This document shows positions 9,754 to 18,088 of a DNA stretch of 36,993 nucleotides, in pieces; position 1 is the first letter of the stretch; every line of letters starts with the position of its first letter. The stretch is taken from contig JAWOID010000088.1 of assembly GCA_046484865.1 (NCBI GenBank), positions 1 through 36,993 of the forward strand, given 5' to 3'. The notes beneath the pieces are model-generated. The model saw only the letters and a list, made by a program, of their open reading frames with translations, did no database searches and was not told where the DNA came from. Made by a program: the position numbers and the translations under genes. This stretch comes from Candidatus Krumholzibacteriia bacterium. Lineage in GTDB: Bacteria > Krumholzibacteriota > Krumholzibacteriia > LZORAL124-64-63.

Positions 9754-12619
9754 TCAGCGCGACCTTGACCCGCGACTGTTCGCCGCCCGCGGTCATCAGG
9801 ACCATGTAGACGCCGGCCGCCGCCGAGCGGCCGCCCTCGTCCCTGCCGTCCCAGACCACCTCGTGGAAGCCGGCCCGGAACGCGTGATTCGCGAGCCGCC
9901 GGATCAGGATGCCACTGAGATCGAAGACGTTGAGCACGACATGGGCATCCGTCTGCAGCCCGAACTGGATGCTTGTCGTCGGGTTGAACGGGTTCGGGCG
10001 GGCGCCGATGATCCGGGTGGCGTCAGGAAGCTCTTCGCCCGTCTTCTCGAAGAGCGTGACCTCCGATTCGAACCCGGGTTCGTCGATCGCGTCACTGAAC
10101 GCCGCTGCCGACAGTTCGAAGATGTCGGGCACGAGGTAGTCGTCCTCCTGCAGCGTGTAGTGCAGCCCGATCGGGTCGTCGTCGGTCGCGGTGCTCGTCA
10201 GATCCTGCACCGCCTCGACCGAGTAGTAAACGACGAGGTCGGCGACGCCGTTGCGGTCGACGTCCGCCTTCTTGCTGCCGAGCGGCGTTGCTACGCCGGA
10301 CGTGTTGCCGACGTAGATACGCGCGACTTCGAGTTGCGTCGCGTCGAAATCCGGGGTCACGGTCAGCATCCCGCCGGCTCCACCGACCGACGGCACCTCG
10401 TACTCGGACGGTATCGCCAGGGCGAACACCCCGGCCTCCGGCTCGAACCCCTGCCCGTCGGCAAGGAAGCCGGCAACGGCCAACGCGAAGCCATCCTGGT
10501 CGTGGGGCACCCGCACCGTGACGCTCTCGAACGTCGAGTTGCCCGAGAAGTCCGTGGCGGCGTAGGTGATGGTGTACACCCGGCCGTCGCCACCGCCCGC
10601 CCGCTCGGAGCGAAGCTGGAAATGCGTGTCGTCGACGATGACGATGTCGCCGGTCGTGTTGCCGTCGCCGAGTCCGTCGTCCGGCTCGTCGCTGGTCACC
10701 TCCACCAGCACGATGACGGGATCGTCGTCGCAATTGTCGGTCGCCGCGACGAACGTCATGATGTCGACCAACTTGTGGTTCGGGGGCCACAGCACGTCGC
10801 GGTCGACCGAGACGGTCAGCTCGGGCGGCGTGGTGTCGACGACGGTGACCGGAACGGTGCACGAAGCGGTCCCGCCGCACCAGTCGGTCATGGTGATCTC
10901 GACACCATGCACGCCCACGTCGCAGACCTCGATTTCGTCCGCGCAGGGAACGGGAACGCCGTCGAGCGCCGTGATGCAAAACGTCGCGACGTCGTCCGAT
11001 CCGTCTGGGTCGTAGAATCCGCCGTCGAGATCGGCCACCGACACCGTGATGCAGCAGTCGTCGTCCGCGGCGTCCTCATACGAGGGCGCACAGACCGCCA
11101 CCGGATCCTGGTTGAGGACCTCCACCGTGGCCGTGCACGAGTCGGAGTCCTCGTAGTTGTCGGTGATGGTCAGCGTCAGCACGTACGTGCCGGGTCCGCC
11201 GTCGAGCGTCACGCTCTGCTGGCAGCCGACCGGAACGCCGTCCACCGCGGTGATGCACAGCGAGGCGATGTCGAAGGCCCCGTCCGGATCGTAGGATCCG
11301 CCGTCGATGTCGGCGACCGTGACGACCAGCTCGCAGTCCTGATTCGTGGGGTGGGCGGAGTATTGCTGGCACACGGCCACCGGCGCCTGGTTGGCCGGCG
11401 GGATGATGTTGCGGATCAGGAACTCGTCGTCCTCGGGGTCGGGACTGCCGGGAATGTTGTCGATGGCGAACCAGCCGGTGTTCGTCCCGCCCCAGCCGTA
11501 GTTGATGTGGTACAGGTTCGTGCCGCCGGTATCGCGCCAGCCGTCGCAGACGATCGAGTGGCCCGGGATGCGGTACTGCATGGGCCGGCCGACGTTGATG
11601 TCCGCCTTGATGAGGTCGAACCAGCCCGCGGCGTCGTAGTCGTCGCGGTCCTCGCGGTCGATGCTCGAGTCGTACCCGAAGAAGTTCGGAAAGACCACCT
11701 GCGCGTGGCTGGTGGACGCGCCCGAGCCGCAGGCGCCGTAGTCCATCTCGTAGGCCACACCGACCTCGTAACACAGCTCGGCGAGGGCGGCATCCTCGGC
11801 GGCACTGCAGCCACCGCTGCAGTTGTCCGGCATGTTGGCCCAGTCGTACGTGTCCGAGAAGGTCGCCGACAGGGTTCCGCCGCCGACGTCCCCTTCGCAG
11901 GACTGGTCGCCGTTCCATGTATAGGAATGACTGCCGATGCCGCTCACCGGCCGTTGCCAGTAGTGCATGATCATCGCCGAAGCGGTCGCCACGCACCCGA
12001 CGACGGTCCGGCCGCCGTCGCCCATGGGACACAGATCGTTGTACGGCCCCCGCTGGTGCCAGCTCGAGGTGAGCAGAGGGCCCTCCTCGACCAAGGGCAT
12101 CAGGGTCTTGCCCAGATCGGCGGCGAACTGCTCGTTGTCGGCAAGCAGGCGGTCCCACTGTTCACGATGTCCGGAACCGAACACCTCGACCTCGGGCGGC
12201 GGCACGACGTCCGGGCTGCCGTACAGGTCCTTGAACACCTTGACCCGCCGCAGCAGCATGTCGCGGATCATCTCGGACAGTCCCTCCCGGAGTTGGATGT
12301 CGAGGTTCCCGTCCTCCGAGTAGGCGGTGACCGGGGGCATTTCCTTCAGGATCGGTACGATCACGTATCCCTGCGGCGCGATCGTGTAGCACGTGCCGAG
12401 CATGGTCTGCTCTTCCACGATCTCGCTGGCGTCGACGACCTCCGGTCGGGTCGATCCCGCCCAGCCGCCCCGCTGCTGGACGATCTGAGTCAGCCAGTTT
12501 TCACAGACTTGAGCCATCTCTTCCGGACTCGCCTGCTCGGCCCGCGCCGACGGCGCGCCGAGCAGGAGAACCGCCAGCACTCCGACTGCCGGCCACATCC
12601 TGGTAAACACAGTTCTCAT
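9746..12619 (-). CDS. C10 (streptopain/SpeB-like) cysteine peptidase with Cys-rich repeats and C-terminal FlgD-Ig-like sorting domain
   Basis: ATG 12619 after GGAGGG, signal peptide and prodomain, WHQRGPYN, catalytic GCVATA, GHSIVCDG, HINYGWG, then PVAVC repeats, LWPPNHK domain and RPNPFNP...WDGRD...GVY tail. Confidence 0.9.
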   Translation of the reverse strand: MRTVFTRMWPAVGVLAVLLLGAPSARAEQASPEEMAQVCENWLTQIVQQRGGWAGSTRPEVVDASEIVEEQTMLGTCYTIAPQGYVIVPILKEMPPVTAYSEDGNLDIQLREGLSEMIRDMLLRRVKVFKDLYGSPDVVPPPEVEVFGSGHREQWDRLLADNEQFAADLGKTLMPLVEEGPLLTSSWHQRGPYNDLCPMGDGGRTVVGCVATASAMIMHYWQRPVSGIGSHSYTWNGDQSCEGDVGGGTLSATFSDTYDWANMPDNCSGGCSAAEDAALAELCYEVGVAYEMDYGACGSGASTSHAQVVFPNFFGYDSSIDREDRDDYDAAGWFDLIKADINVGRPMQYRIPGHSIVCDGWRDTGGTNLYHINYGWGGTNTGWFAIDNIPGSPDPEDDEFLIRNIIPPANQAPVAVCQQYSAHPTNQDCELVVTVADIDGGSYDPDGAFDIASLCITAVDGVPVGCQQSVTLDGGPGTYVLTLTITDNYEDSDSCTATVEVLNQDPVAVCAPSYEDAADDDCCITVSVADLDGGFYDPDGSDDVATFCITALDGVPVPCADEIEVCDVGVHGVEITMTDWCGGTASCTVPVTVVDTTPPELTVSVDRDVLWPPNHKLVDIMTFVAATDNCDDDPVIVLVEVTSDEPDDGLGDGNTTGDIVIVDDTHFQLRSERAGGGDGRVYTITYAATDFSGNSTFESVTVRVPHDQDGFALAVAGFLADGQGFEPEAGVFALAIPSEYEVPSVGGAGGMLTVTPDFDATQLEVARIYVGNTSGVATPLGSKKADVDRNGVADLVVYYSVEAVQDLTSTATDDDPIGLHYTLQEDDYLVPDIFELSAAAFSDAIDEPGFESEVTLFEKTGEELPDATRIIGARPNPFNPTTSIQFGLQTDAHVVLNVFDLSGILIRRLANHAFRAGFHEVVWDGRDEGGRSAAAGVYMVLMTAGGEQSRVKVALIK

Positions 12620-12889
12620 TTGCTTCCCTCCCACGCCAGGTCATGTTCTTGCATAGCGACTCGCGGCGTCAGGAAGCGCGGCCACGTGGTTTCGTACCCC
12701 CCTTGACAGCAAAACTCGGCGCTGCCACGAAGTGCGCCGAGGACTTCTGCCGCTACGTGGGCCGACTTTCCCCGGTCTCGGCCGTCGGTCCTGCCTGGAG
12801 CAAGATGCGCCCGTGTCGGTCTCCCCCAAGAGCGACGGAGCGAAGCATGTCCCATCCGCGCCGTCTCCGGGCGAATTGAACTGCGAGAC

Positions 12890-12918
12890 TCAATATCAGA
12901 AATCACTGCACGTGTCAA
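12890..12918 (-). promoter_or_regulatory. Possible sigma70-type promoter for the C10 peptidase
   Basis: Minus strand TTGACA (12918-12913), 17 bp spacer ending TGn, then TATTGA (imperfect -10). Confidence 0.35.
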
Positions 12919-12980
12919 GGGGGGGTTGCCAAAAGCGCCTCAGCTTTGGGGGCCCCCAATAGGATCTGGATCCGTCGGCT

Positions 12981-13006
12981 TTCGGGCGGCCGCGGATTCG
13001 CCCGAA
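12981..13006 (-). terminator. Hairpin just after the stop of the 13018-13560 gene
   Basis: ttcgggcg (12981-12988) pairs with cgcccgaa (12999-13006). No clear U-tract. Confidence 0.35.
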
Positions 13007-13017
13007 GTGGGCTGCCG

Positions 13018-13560
13018 TCAGGGATCTAACTGCACGCTTATGTAGGTATCCCGCTCGTCGCGAGGGTCGGCAACGAACTCCAGATCCGCCAGATCGCCGC
13101 GCAGGTAGATGACGTCAGCCAATCCGAACTCGGTGTAGCAGACGTCGCAGTACTCGATGCGGATCCCGGTGATCTTGACCTTCCAGCCCCTCTGCCCGGC
13201 GAGGCCAGGGTCGATGGCTGGGTCGAGCTCCCCCTCGAAGTGGAACTCGATCCGATCGCCGCGGGCCAGGGGTGCGGTCGGCTGTCCGCTCAGCACGAGC
13301 TTGGTCGGCTGCCCCGGGTTTTCGCCGGGCAGGTTGCCTGTGTCGAGGTATAGAAAGGCGTCGCAGGAATATCGCTCGCAGTCGTTGTCGCCGCAGAAGC
13401 AGAATTCGTGGAGTTGTTCGACGAGATCGAATCGCCAGGTCTTCTGGTCATCGTCGGTGGAAGCGCGGCAGGCGATGAGTGCCACGAGGGCCATCGTCGT
13501 GAGGATAGCGAAAGCAGTGCGAAGTCTCCTGAATCTGACTTCCCCGTCTCTGAGCATCAC
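13018..13560 (-). CDS. Hypothetical Cys-containing lipoprotein
   Basis: SD GAGGGGG before GTG/ATG, hydrophobic stretch ending LIAC, six further Cys. No family recognised. Confidence 0.7.
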   Translation of the reverse strand: MMLRDGEVRFRRLRTAFAILTTMALVALIACRASTDDDQKTWRFDLVEQLHEFCFCGDNDCERYSCDAFLYLDTGNLPGENPGQPTKLVLSGQPTAPLARGDRIEFHFEGELDPAIDPGLAGQRGWKVKITGIRIEYCDVCYTEFGLADVIYLRGDLADLEFVADPRDERDTYISVQLDP

Positions 13561-14204
13561 GTCCCCCCTCCGTCACGCCCGGTTCCCCGGAATACCGCGA
13601 GGGAAGTGTAGCAGAACGTCCTGGACGGTCAATTCCGGGTGGGGCAGGCTCGGGAAGCGTGCACGTGCGGTTGCCGGGCTGGAGTGCGTCACGGCGCCCT
13701 CCCGTTGCCGGCCGCCGGAATGTGCGATCATGGGCGACACGACCGCGCCCTCCAGGAAATGCGTGCGCGGGGACGCCAGACCGCTCCCGCCGGAATGGTC
13801 ACCGACGACGAGGTCCCAGATTCCCGGCGGAACGTGTGGCCTGATCGGCGCCTTCCGCCCCGGCATGCCGGGCGTGACCGCGACGATGACGGTCCTCTCG
13901 TCCGGCAGATATCGCCACCAGATACGACTTGCAAGCGCTCCCTGCGAAGTCACTTGCTCCGATACCTACGTGGTTCGCAGCTCCCGCGCGCGAGTGACCG
14001 CCACGAGCGCAGCCAGGCCCCTGGCAAGGTCTACCCGACCGGTCGGCTCCGCTCTGGCGGGTCTGACGTGGTACAATAATGACGCGATGGTGTCCTATCC
14101 GGCCGTGAGCGTGGAGAACTCTTTTACCGCCCAGAGTCCACCCCGGGGAGCCAATCCTTTTTCTGTCAATGTTCGCGCTAATTCCCCCACCCATGTTCGC
14201 GTGT

Positions 14205-14800
14205 GGTTGGCATGCTTGCCCGTCGAAATCGATCCCCGCGGGCGAGATCGAGAAGTTCGTGATCGACCAGGTGCGCGGCATCGGGCGGGACCCGGCGCTA
14301 CTGGTGGAGACGCTGAGCGGAGCGCGGGCAGAGGCCAAGGCGCGGATCAAGGAGCTCGAGGCCGAGAAGTCCGGGCTGGAGCGCGACCTGAAGCGCCACA
14401 ACGCCCAGATGCGCGAACTCGCGAGGGAGATCGGATCCGGCAGCGCGACCACCGATCGGATGGCCGACCTGCTGGATCGCGTCCGCGGGGCCGAGGAGCG
14501 CCTCGCCCAGGTGCGCGATGAACTGGCGCGACTCGGACGGGACCTGCTCGACGAGGATGAGGCTATCCGGGCCCTGGCGGCCTTCGATCCCGTCTGGGAG
14601 ACGCTCACGCTCCGGGAGCAGGCGCGTGTGCTGCAGCTCTTGATTCAGCGGGTGGACTACGACGGCGACAAGGGCACCGTCTCGGTGACCTTCCACCCGG
14701 CCGGCATCGAGACGCTGTCACGCGAGTACGCGGATTCTGTCACAGAGAAGATGGTCCGTCCGATCTCGGCAGTTCCGGCCTGGAGGCTTCAGAGGGAGAG
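14205..14800 (+). pseudogene. C-terminal remnant of a large serine recombinase (end of zinc ribbon plus coiled coil), catalytic domain missing
   Basis: GWHACPSKSIPAGEIEKFVIDQVR, coiled coil, FDPVWETLTLREQARVLQLLIQRVDYDG...VTFHPAGI. No resolvase domain and no credible start upstream. Confidence 0.75.
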
Positions 14801-14872
14801 GTGTGACGTCAAGGCGATGATCCGCTCCGATAGCGGGGGCGCTACCAATTCGGGGAGAATCGACCACAGCAA

Positions 14873-15154
14873 GGTGAACAGCGACGCTTTTCATCACCAG
14901 GAGCCGAGAACGCCCAAAGGTGAAACAGCAGCGGCGGCAACAGCAGCAATAGAAGCAACAGCAACGAGTTTCACGCATTTCACCATTTTTGCCCCTTCGC
15001 GTGGGGAGAACGACAGGGGGTGAAACAGGGTGAAAGGTAGAACAGTTAAGTGTATTTATCTCAACAAGTTCTCTCTATGATTCCCCCTTTCGCCCCTTCT
15101 CCCCCTCGCGCTATTTCCTTCTGCTTTCTCGTCTGTATGTGAGGGTGGGTGAAA
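14873..15154. repeat. Cluster of GGTGAA(A/C) motifs in both orientations around an AT-rich core (iteron/ori-like)
   Basis: GGTGAACA 14873, GGTGAAACA 14919 and 15019, GGTGAAA 15029 and 15148, inverted GTTTCACG 14968 and TTTCACC 14978. AT-rich stretch ~15040-15080. Confidence 0.6.
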
Positions 15155-15231
15155 TGGATGAAGGGTTGAAACGGAGAGTCGAGCGAGCCAGAATGCCGCC
15201 GGATGCCCATTGTGCATGAGTAAAACAACAG

Positions 15232-15269
15232 ACTTGACCCGTGCGTCATAAGGCCGTATTTAGTCAAGT
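15232..15269 (+). promoter_or_regulatory. Promoter/operator of the TA operon: 7-bp inverted repeat overlapping -35 and the probable start site
   Basis: ACTTGAC 15232-15238 and GTCAAGT 15263-15269. TTGACC-N17-TATTTA. ATG follows at 15270 with no SD. Confidence 0.55.
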
Positions 15270-16325
15270 ATGCGAGCCCCCAAAGAACAGCAGGCGTTGC
15301 GGCACGTGACCGCGCGTCTCGGTGAACTCCTCGACGTGGCCCCCTCCCAGGTCCACCAGCGACAGGACCGGCAAGCCCCCGCGGCCGACGCCGTCATCGA
15401 GATCGCGGGGACCACGTTCGTCGTCGAGTACAAGAGTTCGGGATCGACTGCGCCGGTCTCCGCCGCGATCGAGCAGGTGCGAAGGCTCGCGTCCTCCGCG
15501 GGGCCGCACGCCATCCCACTCGTCGTCGTTCCGTTCATGGGCCCGGTCGGCCGCCGTCGGTGCGAAGACGCCGAGGTTGCCTGGCTGGATCTGAGCGGCA
15601 ATGCGCGGATCGTCGCGCCGGGAATCCGAGTGTTGGTCGAGGGCCAACCGAATCGATTCAAGAGCCGGGGGAGGCCGTCCAGCGCATTCGCGCCCAAGAG
15701 TTCCCGGATCTCCCGCTGGCTCCTGATGCACGCCGGGCACCTGATGAAGCAGCGCGATCTCGCCCAGGCGACGGTCATGGACGAGGGCTTCACGAGCCGG
15801 ATCGTCTCCCGGCTCGAAGAGGAGAACTTCGTCTTGCGGGGGCAGGACGGGGAGATAATGCTCCGGGACCCGGATCTCCTGCTCGATGCCTGGCGCGAGA
15901 CCTATGATTTCTCGATGCACCAGGTCATCCAAGGCCATCTAACTGCCCGCTCAGGCGAGGAAGCACTACGCCTTCTGGCAGACGGTCTGCAGGGCCAGGG
16001 AGTGCGATCCGCGGCGACTGGGCTCGCCGCGGCTTGGGTCATGACTAGGTTCGCGGGCTTCCGGCTGACGACGATGTACGTCGCAGAACGCCCGGCGTCC
16101 GAGATGCTGGAAACCCTGGGTTTCCGCGAGGAGGAGAGAGGGGCGAACGTGTGGCTCGTGGTTCCCAAAGATGAAGGCGTGTTCCAAGGGGCCGCCGAGC
16201 GAGACGGAATCCCTTGCGTGCACCCGGTCCAGGTATACCTCGATCTCAAGGACCATCCGGAGCGAGCGAAAGAGGCCGCCGAACAACTGCGCTCCGAGTT
16301 GCTGAGATGGGGTTCCCGTGCCTGA
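15270..16325 (+). CDS. AbiEi-like type IV TA antitoxin / transcriptional regulator
   Basis: N-terminal ADAVIE...FVVEYK, central wHTH (QRDLAQAT...GFTSRIVSRLEEE), DPDLLLDAW, AATGLAAA, C-terminal HPVQVYLDL...ERAKEAAEQL. Confidence 0.8.
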   Translation: MRAPKEQQALRHVTARLGELLDVAPSQVHQRQDRQAPAADAVIEIAGTTFVVEYKSSGSTAPVSAAIEQVRRLASSAGPHAIPLVVVPFMGPVGRRRCEDAEVAWLDLSGNARIVAPGIRVLVEGQPNRFKSRGRPSSAFAPKSSRISRWLLMHAGHLMKQRDLAQATVMDEGFTSRIVSRLEEENFVLRGQDGEIMLRDPDLLLDAWRETYDFSMHQVIQGHLTARSGEEALRLLADGLQGQGVRSAATGLAAAWVMTRFAGFRLTTMYVAERPASEMLETLGFREEERGANVWLVVPKDEGVFQGAAERDGIPCVHPVQVYLDLKDHPERAKEAAEQLRSELLRWGSRA

Positions 16326-17160
16326 GAAACCGTCGTTTGCGGACGGATACCGCAGCGAACAGATCGATCTGGTGCGCGCGACATGCCTTTACGTAGCGAC
16401 GAAGCTGGGCGATCTGATGGACGATCTGGTGGTGGTCGGTGGCCTGGTTCCGTCGCTGATCATCGATCCATCTGGGCTTGCCCGAGGCACCGATCGTCAC
16501 GTCGGAACGCTGGACCTCGACGTTGGGTTGGCCGCCGCCCTGCTGGATCAGGGGCGCTACCGGACGATCACCGAGAGGCTCCGTCGTGCGGGGTTCTCGC
16601 AAGACGTCAACGCGGAAGGTAAACCGACCCGGCAACGCTGGACGATCGAAGGTGTCGGGAGGGTCACGGTCGACTTCTTGATCCCGCCCACGCAACCCGG
16701 CGACGTCGGTGGGGCCCTCCGGAACATCAAGGCCGACTTCGCCGCGGTCATCTCGCCGGGGCTTCACCTGGCGTTCCGGGATCGCCGGCGCATGCCGCTG
16801 TCCGGCCGGACCATCATGGGCGAGGACGCAGCCCGGGACGTGTGGGTTTGCGGACCAGGCGCTTATATCGTCCTCAAGGCCCTGGCTTTCGGTTCCCGAG
16901 GCGAGAACAAGGACGCCTACGACCTGTTCTACGTCGTGCGGAACTTCGGGTCGGAGATCGAGGACATCGCCGAGTGCCTGCGGCCCCTTCTCGATGATCC
17001 GGCGGGGTCGGATGCGATGGCCATCTTGCGACGGGATTTCCTGGATCACAACGGCCTCGGCCCGCGGCGCGTTGCTGAGTTTCTGACGCGCGGACCTGAC
17101 GACGCCATTCAGGCGGACGTGGTCGGATTCGTCAGCCGGCTTCTCGATCGCTGCGATTGA
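16318..17160 (+). CDS. AbiEii-like nucleotidyltransferase toxin
   Basis: LVVVGG...GTLDLDV (NTase G-G...DxD), conserved LK and KDAYDL. Overlaps the antitoxin gene by 8 bp. Confidence 0.8.
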   Translation: MPEKPSFADGYRSEQIDLVRATCLYVATKLGDLMDDLVVVGGLVPSLIIDPSGLARGTDRHVGTLDLDVGLAAALLDQGRYRTITERLRRAGFSQDVNAEGKPTRQRWTIEGVGRVTVDFLIPPTQPGDVGGALRNIKADFAAVISPGLHLAFRDRRRMPLSGRTIMGEDAARDVWVCGPGAYIVLKALAFGSRGENKDAYDLFYVVRNFGSEIEDIAECLRPLLDDPAGSDAMAILRRDFLDHNGLGPRRVAEFLTRGPDDAIQADVVGFVSRLLDRCD

Positions 17161-17361
17161 TGGCAGTTACCGGCCGATGCTTGCGGCACGGGGACCAGGG
17201 TTCGTTGGGTTGAACTGTTGGTCCAGCGATCTGCTGCCGGAGCGGTCGTGTCCTCTTCTGATGCGTTATCTCCCCTTTAATGGTCGCAGAGTCGTGGTCG
17301 ACGGCATTCCGGCGCTGATTCAGCCGGTGGCCGCTCGCTACACGCTCCGACACCCTGGACC

Positions 17362-17913
17362 CCGGACTGCCACAGCGTGAACATCGTCTACAGCGAGTCG
17401 CTGGCGCAGTGGGTGTACATGGACCCGTCGTTCGACGCGGAGTGGGCCGACGACCGCGGCCGGCCGCTCGACCTGTGGACGGCGCGCGACCGGCTGGCCC
17501 GCGGCGAGCCGGTGGTCGTCAACGCCGACGCCGATCGCAACGGCGAGCCGCGCGGCGGGCCGGAGCATCTGGCGTACATGGCCAAGAACCTGTTCCGCTT
17601 CCAGGCGTGGGTCGACCGGCGCACGGCGGTGCATCTGACGCCGTGCGGCTACGCAGAGGCGGTGGGCGGCCTGCCGGCGGCGGGGCTGGCAGGGGCGGCG
17701 GGTTCGGCCGGGGCGTCGGGTTCGTCGGGGGCAGCGGGTTCGTCGGGGGCAGCGGGTTCGGCAGGGGCGGCGGGTTCGGCGGGGGCGATGGGTTCGGCCG
17801 GGGCGACGGCGATCGTGACCCACGATCCGTCGTGGTTCTGGCCGGCGGCCGAAGGCAGGCCGGCGACGGAAGGCAAACTGGCGACGGAAAGCGGGCCGGC
17901 AAACGGACGGTGA
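17362..17913 (+). pseudogene. 5'-truncated transglutaminase-like domain gene
   Basis: PDCHSVNIVYSESLAQWVYMDPSF carries the His and Asp of a TGase-like triad, followed by YMAKNLFRF. In-frame TAA at 17278-17280 with no start before the conserved block, so the catalytic-Cys half is missing. Confidence 0.7.
17680..17805 (+). repeat. Coding 18-bp tandem repeat x7 (AGSAGA-like)
   Basis: Consensus gcgggttcggcnggggcg in seven consecutive units. Confidence 0.9.
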
Positions 17914-18040
17914 GCGCCGGCGGCGCCGGGACGCGCAGCCGCGGGCGCGGTCAGCGGCGCCGGCCCCGCTACCCTACCACCCTACCGGGCGTCTCGCCAT
18001 GACGCGCGGGAGGACGGCACCCGCGGCCGTCCTCCCGTTA

Positions 18041-18081
18041 CTCGATCCATCATCTCGATCCGATCATCTCGATCCGATCAT
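18041..18081. repeat. 14-bp tandem repeat x3 (CTCGATCCGATCAT) just downstream of the qmoB stop
   Basis: ctcgatccatcat, ctcgatccgatcat, ctcgatccgatcat. Confidence 0.85.
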
Positions 18082-18088
18082 CCAGTCC

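Larger units (their letters stand above)
14205..17360. mobile_element. Decayed integrative element / island remnant (boundaries approximate; the left end may extend toward ~13000)
   Basis: Recombinase remnant, ori-like repeats, TA pair, visibly more A/T-ending codons than flanking genes, truncated gene at the right edge. No att repeats found. Confidence 0.55.

Noticed and set aside
13573..14200. Short ORFs or a structured RNA in the gap before the recombinase remnant
   Set aside because: No recognisable motifs, SD or RNA family signature by eye. An Rfam/BLASTx search would be needed to exclude it fully.
17325..17352. Minus-strand CGGAGCGTGTAGCG resembling a tRNA-Pro 5' end or att site at the island edge
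   Set aside because: No D-arm, T-arm or cloverleaf follows, and no second copy was found at the other edge.
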